The notes: generated by a model from the sequence alone, not told the origin. 64,000 bases of DNA from Candidatus Spongiisociaceae bacterium (GCA_965262915.1 OZ253564.1:4800001-4864000); one strand, 5' to 3'. Shown: positions 27,704-38,802, counted from the first letter of the stretch. Program-made: numbers and translations.

Positions 27704-28567
27704 TCAACCGGGTGCCGCCAGGTAGTTGGCAGTGGCCAGATCGCCGGCCCTGAAATCGAAGACCCACGTACTACCTTTCGCCAGGGGGAGATCCGCCCTG
27801 TCTCGTATCAACGTGCGCATGGCCGCCTGCAAGATCGGGCGATGGGAGCAGAACAGACTGGTCCCGGCGGGCCGGTCCTCCACCAGCGCACGGACCTCGT
27901 CGACGCCGGCCTCTTCCCACAGCCCTCCGGTGATCTCGGGCACCAGACGCCGGGCCTCGGCCAGCGGTCCGACGGTCTCCCTGCATCGGATGGCGTGGCT
28001 GGTGAGGATGGTGTCGATGTTGAAACCCTCCAGTTGCCTGACGATCGCCTCCGCCTGGGACCTCCCCCGCTCCGACAGGGGCCGGGCCGAGTCGTCGCCC
28101 CGCCATCCGCCCCTCGCACCGGCCCGGGCATGCCGGGTGAGCAGGATACGGTCCGCCGGACCCCTCCACCCGTTCTCCAGGCAGGCCACCAACCTCCGCT
28201 CGGTGACGTACGAGACCCGATCGGCCAGCGATGCCTCCGCCACCCACCGAATCCGATCCACCTCGGCGCACGGTTCGAAGGCGACACTTTCGGCACGCAT
28301 CGCCCAGTAGTGCACCTCCTTGGGAATGCTGATCCGCTTGAAATAGGAGACGTGCCCCAGGTAGCGGCCGATGCCCGCACGCACGCCGCTCTCTTCCAGC
28401 ACTTCTCGCCGGGCACACTCCACCAGGCTCTCGCCTCGCTCTAGCTTGCCCTTGGGAAAGGTCCAATCCCCGTATTTGGGCCGGTGTACGAGAAGCACTT
28501 CGACCCCCCGCCCACGATCGCGCCAGACCACGCCACCGGCGGCAGACTCGACACGGTGATCGGTCAT
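27704..28567 (-). CDS. NUDIX hydrolase plus histidine-phosphatase domain (MutT1-like)
   Basis: HRPKYGDWTFPKGKL..REVLEESG; second domain RHARAG..RPLS.RG..RC.ETV. Confidence 0.9.
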   Translation of the reverse strand: MTDHRVESAAGGVVWRDRGRGVEVLLVHRPKYGDWTFPKGKLERGESLVECARREVLEESGVRAGIGRYLGHVSYFKRISIPKEVHYWAMRAESVAFEPCAEVDRIRWVAEASLADRVSYVTERRLVACLENGWRGPADRILLTRHARAGARGGWRGDDSARPLSERGRSQAEAIVRQLEGFNIDTILTSHAIRCRETVGPLAEARRLVPEITGGLWEEAGVDEVRALVEDRPAGTSLFCSHRPILQAAMRTLIRDRADLPLAKGSTWVFDFRAGDLATANYLAAPG

Positions 28568-28679
28568 GGTGGGGGATCGATCATTGGGTTGGTGATCTGG
28601 CCCATCCGGCAAACTAGAGAATCCGGCATCCTGTCAACCGCTCCAGGAGCACCCGCAGCTCGCACCCTGCCGAACGGCA

Positions 28680-29225
28680 CTACGGGTTCGTCACTCGGAA
28701 ACGGAGCAGTTCGACCGCTTCGGAGGGCGTTTCCACCATGGAGACCAGCCCGGGGGTGGTCCGCAAGTCCCGGGTGACTCGATCGACGATGCTCCCCCAA
28801 GCACCCCGGAAGGCGATGATCGGAACGGGGTCCTCCCCTCGCCGAGCGGAGAGAAAGGCATCGTTCCAGGCCACAGCCAACTCGGTCAGCGTCCCGATGC
28901 TCCCGGGCAACACGACGACGGCGCACGCCATCTGCGACATCACCTTGATCCGGTCAATGAGGCTCTCGGTCGGGACCTCCTCGGTCAGGAACCGGTTACC
29001 GCCCGGCCTGCCCGGGAACAGGGGCGGGGCGGTCACGCCGATCGCCCGGCCGCCGGCCCCGGCCGCCCCGGCCGACACAGCTTCCATCAACCCCGAATAA
29101 CCACCGTTGACAACCGCGAATCCGGCCTCCGCCAAGAGGCGGCCCAACTCGACCGCCGACTCGTAGACCCCGCCACCGGGAACCGACTGCGACGAACCGT
29201 AGACGGCCACGATCTTGTCCTGCAT
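28680..29225 (-). CDS. LOG-family protein
   Basis: VAVYGSS, GGYSGLMEAVS.GA, PGSIGTLTEL. Confidence 0.9.
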   Translation of the reverse strand: MQDKIVAVYGSSQSVPGGGVYESAVELGRLLAEAGFAVVNGGYSGLMEAVSAGAAGAGGRAIGVTAPPLFPGRPGGNRFLTEEVPTESLIDRIKVMSQMACAVVVLPGSIGTLTELAVAWNDAFLSARRGEDPVPIIAFRGAWGSIVDRVTRDLRTTPGLVSMVETPSEAVELLRFRVTNP

Positions 29226-29430
29226 CGGAGTGAGGGTACACGCGCCCACCGGTGGCCGGTGGTCCGCCAACCGCCGACGCCGCACGTCACCGGCTGCCGA
29301 TCGTTCCCCATTCCGCCCCCGTGACCACTAGTCACGCCCACTGATTAGGGTCGGTTGTGAAGCGACAAACTCAATCGGACGCTGGTCACCGGGCCACCGG
29401 CCACCGGCCACCGAGAGGAGCGAGGAGGCC

Positions 29431-30204
29431 ATGTTGAGCGACCGTCCCCGGTTCTACAAGCGAAGGTCCGTACAGATCGGTGCGGTGGTGTTGGCCATCC
29501 CGGCGCTTGCCCTGGCCTGGTGGCTGGGCTCACCCCTGTTCATCGATCAAGTGGTTGACGAGCCCTTCCCCAGGGCAGCTATGGCCGTTATCCCCGAAGA
29601 CATGACCGCCGAGGACGTCGAGCAGAAGATGGTGGAGGCCGAGGCCACGAACATACCGGCGTACGAGGACATGCCGGAACCCGAATCGGCGATGACCACC
29701 ACGAGTAACGCAACCGCCACGACCACGGCATCCACCAAGCCGACCAATACCACCGGAGCTACCGCCGAGGCAAGCACCGAAGGAACCGACCAGACCGATA
29801 CGTCGACGACGGTCCCCGAAGCCCCGGAGGAACAACCGGTGGAGCCCGAGTCCGCCGGTCCGGTGGCTCTTGTCACCGGCGCAATCATGGACGGTGACTC
29901 CTTCCACATGGGTTCCGGGCAGGTGACCCTCTACCGCCTGGAGGACGGTTCGCACCTCCTCCGGCTGGAGGACATCCAGGTGACCAACGGACCCGACCTC
30001 CATGTTCTCCTCACGCCGGTACACGGTCTGGAAGGGCGCGCCGACTTGCAGGAAGCCGGATACATAGACCTGGGCTCCCTCAAGGGGAACATCGGCTCCC
30101 AGAACTACGAAATACCGGCCGGCTACGCGATCCCGGAACAAGTCACCATGGTGATCTACTGCGTCCCGTTCCACGTGGTGTTCGCCACAGCGGAGCTAGC
30201 CTGA
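29431..30204 (+). CDS. Membrane-anchored DM13-domain protein
   Basis: N-terminal TM, Thr-rich linker, NGPDLHV.L, LG.LKGNIG.QNYEIP, IYCVPF.V.FA.A. Confidence 0.9.
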   Translation: MLSDRPRFYKRRSVQIGAVVLAIPALALAWWLGSPLFIDQVVDEPFPRAAMAVIPEDMTAEDVEQKMVEAEATNIPAYEDMPEPESAMTTTSNATATTTASTKPTNTTGATAEASTEGTDQTDTSTTVPEAPEEQPVEPESAGPVALVTGAIMDGDSFHMGSGQVTLYRLEDGSHLLRLEDIQVTNGPDLHVLLTPVHGLEGRADLQEAGYIDLGSLKGNIGSQNYEIPAGYAIPEQVTMVIYCVPFHVVFATAELA

Positions 30205-30367
30205 CACCACGAGGTCGGCTTTCGAGGGTGCGCGGATAGGTGCTCACCTGGGGAAACACCGAGTACGACCGTTGATGAGTACACAGCGACGACCAGGGGT
30301 TCTTCGAGCGGGAGCCGGTTAGGTCTATCGACAGGGGCGGTTACGGTCCGCCTATCCGCGCACCCTC

Positions 30368-32437
30368 TTACCCGAAAGTCTCCTTCACAGCGGACATGAC
30401 TCGCTGCGGGGTGATGATGGCATGGTGCTCGACCCCGAACTGGGGCCAGGGTGCATCGAACCCGGCAACCCGCACGATGGGCGCCTCCAGGTCGTACAGG
30501 GCCTCCTCCGCCACGGTCGCCGCCACCTCGGCGGCCATGCCGGCGGTGCGGGGCGGCTCCTGGACCAGCACCAACCGTCCGGTCTTGCCGACCGAGTCGA
30601 GAACCGTCTCCCTGTCCCAGGGCTTCAGCGTCCTCAGATCGATCACCTCGCACTCCACCCCGTCCCGGGCCAGGTTCTCCGCCGCCTCCAGAGCGACGCG
30701 CACCATGCCGCCGTAGGTGACCACCGTCACGTCGGAGCCCGGTCGGCGGATGCGGGCCCGGCCGATCGGAAGCGTGTAGTAGCCCGTGGGCACGTCCTCC
30801 CGCCCGGCCCTGTAGAGCACCTTCGGCTCGAGGAACAGGACGGGGTCGGGACTCTCCGCGGCTGCGGTGAGCAGGCCCTTCGCGTCCACCGCGGTGGACG
30901 GGATCACCACCGTCAGACCCGGGGTATGGACGAAATAGGCTTCGGGGCTGTCGGCGTGGAACTCGTGCGGAGCGATTCCCCCACCGTTGGGCCAGCGCAC
31001 CACGATCGGCAACGACACGTTGCTCCTGGTACGGAAGCGAAAGCGCGCCATGTGGCTCACGATCTGGTCGAAAGCCGGGTACACGAAGCCGTCGAACTGG
31101 ATCTCGACAACCGGGCGAGCGCCCCCGATGGCCATGCCCACCGCCGTGCCCGCTATTCCGGTCTCGCACAGCGGGGTGTCGATGATCCGATCGGGGCCGT
31201 AACGGTCGAGAAGACCTTCGGTGATCCGGAAGACGCCACCGGTCATCCCGACATCCTGCCCCATCATGAGAGCTTCGTCGTAGCGGTCCAGGATCTCGAA
31301 GAGGGCCGCGTTTATCGCCTCGGCCATCGTCCAGCGGCCGGTGGGACCGCGGAGGGGAGGGTCGTAGCCGATCGTCCACAACTCGTCGGGGGTCACCGCC
31401 GACGGTCTACCTCCCTCCCGCCTCATCACGGTTCCGAGCTGGCGCGCCAGATCCCGCGGTATCCGGGCATACGCGTGGCGGACGGCCTCCTCCCGCGGTG
31501 GCTCCTCCCGCGCTTCGAGGTCCGCCAGAGCCTCGTCGAACTTCACCGATTCGGCCTTGACCTGATCGTCTATCTCATCGGACCACAGACCTTGGTCGAC
31601 CAGGAAGCGTTTGAACCGGATGAGAGGATCCCTGTCCCGCCAGGCTCTGACCTCCTCCTCCGTCCTGTACAGGCTCGGATCGTCGGCGGTGGCATGGGGA
31701 CCGTACCGGTAGGTCATGGCTTCGATCAGGGTAGGCCCGCCCCCGCCCCGGGCCCGTTCGATCGCATCCCTGGTGACCGTGTACACGGCGAGGGCGTCCA
31801 TACCGTCCACCTGCACGCCGGGCATCCCGTACCCGACCGCCTTGTCCGCCAGCGAACTCGCCGCGGTCTGCTTCCGGACCGGCATCGAGATGGCCCAACC
31901 GTTGTTGGAGCACAGGAACACGGTCGGGGTCTTCCAGAGGCCGGCGAAGTTCATGGAGGAGTGGAAGTCGCTCTCGGAGGTGGCCCCGTCCCCGAAGTAG
32001 ACCACGGTTGTGAGGTTCTCCCCGGCCAGCCGGGCGGCGTAGGCATGCCCGACGGCGTGGGGGAGTTGGGTGGCGATGGGGATGGTGTGGATGTTCATCC
32101 GGTAGCGGTGAACGTCCCAGTCACGATTGGGCAGGCCCCGGAAGTAAGAGAGCATCACCGACGGGGGCAGGCCCCTGGCCAGCTGGACCGCGTGCTCGCG
32201 GTAGCTGGGATAGACCCAGTCCTGAGGACCGATGGCGTAGGCGGAACCGATCTGGGTGGCTTCCTGACCCTCCCCCGGGGGGAAGGTTCCGAGACGACCC
32301 TGGCGCTGGAGGTTCATGGCTCGCCGGTCGAACTGGCGGCCCAGCGCCATCAACCGGTACATCTCGACCAGGTCCTTGTCCTCCAGATCCGGCGGCTCTC
32401 CCACGAGACGACCCGAAGGATCCAGGATCTGTAACAC
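30368..32437 (-). CDS. 2-oxoacid dehydrogenase E1, fused alpha+beta subunits
   Basis: Alpha: GQEA, FGDGATSE.DFH..NNGWAIS, YRYGPH; beta: GGVFRIT, DTPL.E.GI, FLEPK, IDLRTL.PWD. Confidence 0.93.
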   Translation of the reverse strand: MLQILDPSGRLVGEPPDLEDKDLVEMYRLMALGRQFDRRAMNLQRQGRLGTFPPGEGQEATQIGSAYAIGPQDWVYPSYREHAVQLARGLPPSVMLSYFRGLPNRDWDVHRYRMNIHTIPIATQLPHAVGHAYAARLAGENLTTVVYFGDGATSESDFHSSMNFAGLWKTPTVFLCSNNGWAISMPVRKQTAASSLADKAVGYGMPGVQVDGMDALAVYTVTRDAIERARGGGGPTLIEAMTYRYGPHATADDPSLYRTEEEVRAWRDRDPLIRFKRFLVDQGLWSDEIDDQVKAESVKFDEALADLEAREEPPREEAVRHAYARIPRDLARQLGTVMRREGGRPSAVTPDELWTIGYDPPLRGPTGRWTMAEAINAALFEILDRYDEALMMGQDVGMTGGVFRITEGLLDRYGPDRIIDTPLCETGIAGTAVGMAIGGARPVVEIQFDGFVYPAFDQIVSHMARFRFRTRSNVSLPIVVRWPNGGGIAPHEFHADSPEAYFVHTPGLTVVIPSTAVDAKGLLTAAAESPDPVLFLEPKVLYRAGREDVPTGYYTLPIGRARIRRPGSDVTVVTYGGMVRVALEAAENLARDGVECEVIDLRTLKPWDRETVLDSVGKTGRLVLVQEPPRTAGMAAEVAATVAEEALYDLEAPIVRVAGFDAPWPQFGVEHHAIITPQRVMSAVKETFG

Positions 32438-32606
32438 CGAGACTCCCCTTCCGACGACTGGCCTGCATTGTAAAGCGGGCCGGACGACCGTGTTGCCGGC
32501 AGGCGGATTCCGGCCTGACGGCACTCCGATGGCCATTCCCCCACTCCGTCATTCACCTCTTCGGCAACCCCGAAACCTCGATCCGGCGCGCTGTTAACGT
32601 GAGCGG

Positions 32607-33689
32607 ATGGTCCGCGTCCGTCCCGAGATCGAATCCCTCACCCCCTACCAGGGCGGCATGGGTATCGAGGAACTCACCCGCCGGTACGGGGTTCGAGACA
32701 TCGTCAAGCTGGGTTCCAACGAGAATCCCCTGCCCCCGTTCCCCGAGGTCCAGGAGGTCATCGCGGCAGCTGCGGCAGGCATCAACCGGTACCCGGACGG
32801 GGGCGTGGTAGGACTGACGGAGGCGTTGTCGGAGGCCACCGGCGTTCCCGCCAAGTGCATCTGGTTCGGAGCCGGCAGCGCGGAGCTGCTGACCACCACC
32901 GCCCGGGCGCTGGGAGGACGGGGACGCAGCTTCGTCTACCCGTGGCCGTCCTTCGCGATGTACCAGATCAACACCGCGCTCGCCTATGCGGAGGGGATCA
33001 CGGCGCCCGTCGACGAGGCACACGCCATCGACCTCGAGGCGATAGGCAAGGCCATCCGCACCGACACCACCCTGGTCTACCTGTGCAACCCGAACAACCC
33101 CACCGGTACGTACCTGCCGCAGTCTGAGATCCGGGAGTTCGTCGACCTGGTTCCCGAGGACACACTGGTGGTGGTGGATGAGGCATACGGGGAGTACGTG
33201 GCGGAGGAGGACCACCCGACCGCCATCCGCCTGGCCCTCGATCGGCCCAACGTGGTCGTGGCCCGCACCTTCTCCAAGATGTACGGGCTGGCCGGCCTCC
33301 GGATCGGGTACATGATCGGCCGCCCCGATACCCTCGGCTCCCTCCGCAAGGCCCAGATCCCGTTCGTCGTCAATTCTCTCGCACAGACCGCGGCCACCGC
33401 GGCCCTCCGCTTCCCCGAACGGGTGGCGGAGCGTTTCGAGATGAACCGGCAGGGCGTCACCCACGTCGAAGACGCCTTCACGGAGAGGGGCATCGAGTTC
33501 GTCCCGACTCAGGCCAACTTCGTGTGGACCCGCCTGGGACCCCGCGCCCCGTCCATCATCAAGGCTCTTCTGGAGGTGGGAACGATCATCCGTCCGGGGA
33601 CCGACGAGTGGACCCGGGTCTCGATAGGAACGCCCGAGGAGAACCGCCGCTTCATCGCCGATCTCGACCGGGTTCTGGTCACGGTCTGA
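32607..33689 (+). CDS. hisC: Histidinol-phosphate / aromatic aminotransferase
   Basis: KLGSNENP, CNPNNPTG, DEAY, RTFSKMYGLAGLRIGY. Confidence 0.88.
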   Translation: MVRVRPEIESLTPYQGGMGIEELTRRYGVRDIVKLGSNENPLPPFPEVQEVIAAAAAGINRYPDGGVVGLTEALSEATGVPAKCIWFGAGSAELLTTTARALGGRGRSFVYPWPSFAMYQINTALAYAEGITAPVDEAHAIDLEAIGKAIRTDTTLVYLCNPNNPTGTYLPQSEIREFVDLVPEDTLVVVDEAYGEYVAEEDHPTAIRLALDRPNVVVARTFSKMYGLAGLRIGYMIGRPDTLGSLRKAQIPFVVNSLAQTAATAALRFPERVAERFEMNRQGVTHVEDAFTERGIEFVPTQANFVWTRLGPRAPSIIKALLEVGTIIRPGTDEWTRVSIGTPEENRRFIADLDRVLVTV

Positions 33690-33808
33690 AGTCGCCGCGC
33701 CGGGGCCGATTACGCCTAAGAACGGCAGCTACATAGGCTGGCATCTCGAACAGTTCCCCCCCACCGGACGGCGCCTGGGCGCCGGGATCCGGCTGCAAAA
33801 GGAGCGCC

Positions 33809-36556
33809 ATGAAGTCGTTGGTCAACGCCCTCGCGACCGCGGTCCGGAGATGGCCCTGGGTAGTCATCGCCCTGACCGTGGCCATCTCCCTCGCCTTCGG
33901 GGGACTGTCACGGAACTTCTCCCCGCAGGAGGAGAACAACGAGGCCTTCGCCCCGAATGCTCCGGAGCTGGCCGCCGCCGCCCGGATCTCGGACCTCTTC
34001 GGCGAGGAGTCCACGACCAGCGTCATGCAGGTGATCCTCACCGCCGAGGACGGCAACGTATTCAGCCGGGACGGCCTGGCCGCCGTCGAGGCGCTCACCG
34101 AGACCATCAGGAACGGCGCCCTGGCCGACCGGCTGGTGGAGGACAGGCCCGATCCCGTAGTCAGCTTCCTGGCCCCCGTGCAGATGGCGACCTCCCGGGG
34201 CACCCCGCCGCCGGGCTCCGACGCGGACGTCCACCGGGCCTTCCGGGACGGGATGGCTGAGATGCCCCCGGGCCCGGCCGGATTCGTGCAGCTGATGGTC
34301 GCCGACGGCGCCGATCTAGAGGCGCCTTTCGCCGACAAGGGCCTGATGATCGTCTTCACCCGCGGGGGTGAGCCGGGAGCCGACTACGAGCGCTTCCAGG
34401 AGGCCAGCGCCCTGGCAGCCGACGAGATCCTGGCCACATCCCTGCCTGGCGGCTTCTCCGCCCAGCCCTTCTCGTTCGAGCTGCTGTTCTCGGGCAACGA
34501 CGAGTTCCAGAGCGAGGTCGGGAGGCTGTTCGGCACGGCCGGCCTGATCATCGCCCTGGTACTCGCCCTCGTGTTCCTCATCCGCCCCCGGCGGAGGGCT
34601 GGGGTAGTGGTGATGCGGGTGGGAATCGTGGTGGTGGCAGCGGCCATCGTGGCGGTGGTACTCCCCACCCTCGCCATCATCCTGGACAGCATCTTCCCCG
34701 ACTCGATGAAGAACTGGGACAGCAACGCGCTCTTCGCGGTGGCCGGCACCCTGATGCTCGTGCTGTTCCTCTCCTGGACCTTCGTCGACCGAGGCCTGCG
34801 GCGCACCACCGCCGACACCGTCCTCACCCTGATCGCCATCTTCTTCGCCATCTCCTGGATGAACGGCATCGGGTACCTGCTGTTCAAGGACATGAGCCCG
34901 ATGGCCCAGATACTGCCGATCCTGCTCATCGGACTCGGGGTGGACTACTCGATCCATGTGAACTCCCGGTTCCGCGAGGAGATCTCGAGCGGGGCCACGG
35001 TCGACGACTCGGTACGGGGGGCGATCCGCACGGTGGGGGTGGCACTCGTCCTGGCCACCATCACCACCGCGGTCGGGTTCCTGACCAACGTATTGAACGA
35101 CATCCCGGCCCTGCGCGAGTTCGGGGTGCTGGCCGCCATCGGTATCGTCGCCTCCTTCGTGCTGAAACTCACCTTCATCCCGGCGGTGCGCCTCATCCTC
35201 GGCCGTCGGGGGATGAGACGGGCCACCGCTGAGTCCGATCAGGTCCAGACAGGAGGCACCCGGGCCCTGGGCACGATCATCGGGAAGACATCGGGCATCG
35301 CCAGGAAGGCGGCCGGCGTCGCCGTGGTGGCGTCCATAGTCCTGGGCGGGGTGGGCGTCTGGGGATGGACGCAGCTGGAGACCAGATTCTCCTTCCTCGA
35401 TTTCATACCCGTCACCTCTCCGCTACGCGCCACCTTCGAGGGTCTGATCGAGGACTTCGGAGGCGGTTTCGGCGAGAACACCCAGATACTGGTCGAAGGG
35501 GACGTGGCTACCGCCGCGGCCTGGAACGCCATGGTGATGTCCAACGGCCGGGTAGCGGACACGCCCGACGTGCTCAGGTTCGGCAACCGGCCCAGCGGCA
35601 CCTCCCCGGTGTCGGTCATCGATCAGCTGTCCGCGCCCCGCTCGCCCGCCCACTCACCGGAGGTCGCCGAGGCCCTCCGAATAGCGGGGGGAGATCCGGC
35701 CACCCTCATGGTCCCCCCGAACGCCGATGTGGCCTCCCTCTACGACGCGGCCTGGGAAGCGGCCCCGGAAGCCATGAGGCAGGTTATCCACCGGAGCGAC
35801 GCCGGCTACGACGCCGCCCTGTTCGACTACACCACCCAGGCCGGGGAGTCCGGCGCCGGACGCCTCCGGATGGGGCTGATCGACGATTTCGCGGCCGTGA
35901 CCGACGCCGGGCTCACCGCGGTGGCGACCTCGGACGGGATCATCCAGGACGTGGTGGTGACCACCCTGCGCAACTCCCAGGTCTCGTCCCTGATCCTGAC
36001 CCTGGCCGCGGCTCTGGTGCTGCTCGTGGCGAACTTCTGGTACGAGCACCGGCGCCCGATGCTGGGAGTGATCACCACCTTTCCCGTCGTGCTGGTGGTC
36101 CTGTGGTCGTTCGGGCTCATGGCGGCGTTCGGTATCGCCTTCGGTCCGGTCACTGCCACCATCTCCGCCCTGGCGATCGGCATAGGCATCCCGTACATGA
36201 TCCACATCACCCACCGGTTCCTCGAGGACCGGCGCCGCCATCCCGACCTGGCAACGGCGATGGAGTCCACCCTCAGCCACACCGGCGGCGCGCTGGCCGG
36301 CTCCGCTCTGACCACCGTGGCCGGGTTCGGCATCCTGGTCACGTCCACCACGATCCCGTTCCGCCAGTTCGGCTTCGTCACCGCCTACACGATCCTGCTG
36401 GCCATGCTCACCGCCGTGCTGGTGCTCCCCTCGATGCTGGTCCTCTGGGCGAGATGGCACGAGCGTAGGCAAGCAACGGTCGGTGACCGGGTGCCGGTGG
36501 CGTCCCGGTCCGGCCACGGCCGTCCAAGGGCTGCACCGCCGGCCGGCGTTCGGTGA
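33809..36556 (+). CDS. MMPL/RND-family transporter
   Basis: Two TM repeats with GLGVDYSIH and GIGIPYMIH, two large extracytoplasmic loops. Confidence 0.92.
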   Translation: MKSLVNALATAVRRWPWVVIALTVAISLAFGGLSRNFSPQEENNEAFAPNAPELAAAARISDLFGEESTTSVMQVILTAEDGNVFSRDGLAAVEALTETIRNGALADRLVEDRPDPVVSFLAPVQMATSRGTPPPGSDADVHRAFRDGMAEMPPGPAGFVQLMVADGADLEAPFADKGLMIVFTRGGEPGADYERFQEASALAADEILATSLPGGFSAQPFSFELLFSGNDEFQSEVGRLFGTAGLIIALVLALVFLIRPRRRAGVVVMRVGIVVVAAAIVAVVLPTLAIILDSIFPDSMKNWDSNALFAVAGTLMLVLFLSWTFVDRGLRRTTADTVLTLIAIFFAISWMNGIGYLLFKDMSPMAQILPILLIGLGVDYSIHVNSRFREEISSGATVDDSVRGAIRTVGVALVLATITTAVGFLTNVLNDIPALREFGVLAAIGIVASFVLKLTFIPAVRLILGRRGMRRATAESDQVQTGGTRALGTIIGKTSGIARKAAGVAVVASIVLGGVGVWGWTQLETRFSFLDFIPVTSPLRATFEGLIEDFGGGFGENTQILVEGDVATAAAWNAMVMSNGRVADTPDVLRFGNRPSGTSPVSVIDQLSAPRSPAHSPEVAEALRIAGGDPATLMVPPNADVASLYDAAWEAAPEAMRQVIHRSDAGYDAALFDYTTQAGESGAGRLRMGLIDDFAAVTDAGLTAVATSDGIIQDVVVTTLRNSQVSSLILTLAAALVLLVANFWYEHRRPMLGVITTFPVVLVVLWSFGLMAAFGIAFGPVTATISALAIGIGIPYMIHITHRFLEDRRRHPDLATAMESTLSHTGGALAGSALTTVAGFGILVTSTTIPFRQFGFVTAYTILLAMLTAVLVLPSMLVLWARWHERRQATVGDRVPVASRSGHGRPRAAPPAGVR

Positions 36557-36749
36557 CAACCCTTCCGGTTGGCAGGCTCACGGAGCTCCGAGACGGTCGC
36601 TGACCGGGAGCGTGCGCCGCCAGGTCAATTGACGTCGGCGCCGGGCTGGGCCGGCGGCGATGGTTCACCGCTCCCCGCCAGCGCCGATGCCCGCACCAGG
36701 CTCCCACACCCGGCTCATGCGGCCAGATCGACTACGACACCGCCTTGCT

Positions 36750-37310
36750 TCAGCCGTCCAGCCAGACTCTGGCCTGCTCCAGCAGCCACATGCTCACGCC
36801 GTGGGCGCACTCGAGGACATCGCAGATCTTCAGTTCCCGCATGGACATCTCCCGCAGCGACAGGTCCAGGTGACCCACCAGCGAGAGGCTGCGGGACGAC
36901 GGGTCGGTGACCGACATGTAGGTGTCGGTGGCCGACACCTCCACCGGGAGGGTGGTGCCCGACACGCCGGCCAACTCGGTGGCGAGGATCAGCAGATCCG
37001 GGGGCTTGGGCAGGGGCGGCAGCGCCCACTTGAAGAACAGGGGTAGCTGGAGCCGCTGGTCCTGCTCCTGCTCCATCTCCAGATGCCCCGCCACCTGGTC
37101 CTCGAAGGCCAGGATCACCCTGGGATCCACTTCGAGCACCATCAGCATCTCCAGCGGACCCTCGCATGCCTCCTCGGGATGGAGATCGACCTCCCATGCC
37201 TGCCCCAGCGAGTAGGACTCGATGAAGTGGCGCTCGGCATGCACGTGGAATCCATGCTCGACGGCGTGGGATTTCATATCGGTGATGAACCCGGCGAGAT
37301 CTACGACCAT
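36750..37310 (-). CDS. Hypothetical protein
   Basis: Protein-like composition and GC3 bias (MVVDLAGFITDMKSHAVEHGFHVHAERHF..); no family recognised. Confidence 0.75.
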   Translation of the reverse strand: MVVDLAGFITDMKSHAVEHGFHVHAERHFIESYSLGQAWEVDLHPEEACEGPLEMLMVLEVDPRVILAFEDQVAGHLEMEQEQDQRLQLPLFFKWALPPLPKPPDLLILATELAGVSGTTLPVEVSATDTYMSVTDPSSRSLSLVGHLDLSLREMSMRELKICDVLECAHGVSMWLLEQARVWLDG

Positions 37311-37392
37311 GGTGTGCCGGCCTAGTGGGGCCGGGAGACGGCATCCTGCCCCGGCGCGGGGGCGGGTGGGGCCGGGCGGCGGTACACTCGGG

Positions 37393-38460
37393 TCACGGGC
37401 GCACTTCGTAGTAGAGGTGCATCGGATCGTCCTTGAAGCGGATCTCCCGGAACCACGTGAACCCGGCATCCCGGGCGATGCGTTCCGCCACCACGGGAGG
37501 AAGGCCGAGGGTACCGAGAGCGGCCCCGCCCTCGGCCGATGCGCCGGACGACAGGCAGGCCGACATGCTGTAGCCGTACTGGAGGGCCAGCATCGGGTTC
37601 TTGAGGTTCTTCTCGAATACCTCCGAGCACTTCATGTCCTTGATCAGCCAGGTGCCGTCCTCTTTGAGGGCCCGCCGTATGGCGGTCGCGACCCGGTCGG
37701 GGAAGGGGACATCGTGCATGCAGTCCAGCGTGATGATCAGGTCGAATCGGGCGTCGGCGGGCAGTTCCTCGCCACCCGCCTGGAGGATGGAGGCGTTGGC
37801 CACGCCGGCCAACCGTGCGTTGGCACTGGCCGAGGCCGGACCCGACGGCTCGTATCCCGTGAAGGTGCTGTTGGGAAAGCGTCGCGCCATGGCCTCCACC
37901 GAGATGGCCCCTCCACAACCGACATCCGCCACCTCGATGCCGGCCTCGAGCTTCTCGACCAACCCGTCGACGCCGGGCAGCACGGTGGAGACCAGGTAGG
38001 TGCCTACCCAGGTCCTGTTCATCCGGTCGATCTGGCGCGCCACCCGATCCCCCATCCGGTGGTAGGTGACCCCCCGGCCGGTGCGGAACGATTCGGCTAT
38101 CTCGTCGAGTTGCTCCGGGGGAAAGCCCCCGATGAAGGCGCCGGTCGCGTAAGCCAGGGCGGTGTCGTCGACCAGTACGTGCTCCCCCTCCGGCTCGAGG
38201 GAGTAGGTGCCGTCGGGCGCACGGATCACCAGGCCGGCTGCGGCCTGGCCGAGCAGCCACTCACGCACCCAGCGCTCGGCCAGCCCGGTACGTTCCGCCA
38301 GTGCGTCGGAAGTGAGTTCGTCCCCCCCGGCCATGGCCTCGTACAGACCGAGCCGGTCGCCGAGGTGGACCATCAGACTCACCACCTCGCCCTGCTTGTA
38401 TTTCCACACTTTGAGGACGTAGGCCTTCAGTCGATCAGTGTCTACGGGTCGCATGGGCAA
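37393..38460 (-). CDS. Class I SAM-dependent methyltransferase with N-terminal winged helix (Rv2258c-like)
   Basis: GDRLGLY.AM..ERWVREWL; VADVGCGG; DCMHD.P.P. Confidence 0.9.
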   Translation of the reverse strand: MPMRPVDTDRLKAYVLKVWKYKQGEVVSLMVHLGDRLGLYEAMAGGDELTSDALAERTGLAERWVREWLLGQAAAGLVIRAPDGTYSLEPEGEHVLVDDTALAYATGAFIGGFPPEQLDEIAESFRTGRGVTYHRMGDRVARQIDRMNRTWVGTYLVSTVLPGVDGLVEKLEAGIEVADVGCGGAISVEAMARRFPNSTFTGYEPSGPASASANARLAGVANASILQAGGEELPADARFDLIITLDCMHDVPFPDRVATAIRRALKEDGTWLIKDMKCSEVFEKNLKNPMLALQYGYSMSACLSSGASAEGGAALGTLGLPPVVAERIARDAGFTWFREIRFKDDPMHLYYEVRP

Positions 38461-38692
38461 TACCCTAGGAGATGCTCGACCCTACCGCACACGCGGCCCG
38501 GGGCTTCCCATGCCGAACCGCGCCCGGCATGCCGGGCGCCCATCCGGCACTTCTCCTTCGAGTCACGGGCCCCGTAAGTGTGCCCTCTCGGTCTCGGGGT
38601 CGGCAGGCGGTGACGGGACATTTCCCCGAACCGGCTTCAGGCGTCCGCACTTCGGAGAACGGCACCCGGCGATCAGTCCCGCTGGGCGCGAG

Positions 38693-38732
38693 GAGATGCC
38701 CGGACCCTGGCGGCGCCGGGTCCGGGCATCTC
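38693..38732. terminator. Strong hairpin downstream of the VWA gene
   Basis: GAGATGCCCGGACCC / GGGTCCGGGCATCTC, 15-bp stem; no U-tract. Confidence 0.55.
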
Positions 38733-38802
38733 GCCATCCCCTCGGGAACGGCCCCCGGGTCTTGCCACCGGGGGCGTCGACCCACCTACGGGCCGAGGAC
38801 GG

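Noticed and set aside
30422-32434. Long antisense ORFs (670 aa here; also 38857..40437, 50380..51714, 2565..3896)
   Set aside because: Shadow frames of high-GC genes on the opposite strand, which carry the recognisable motifs
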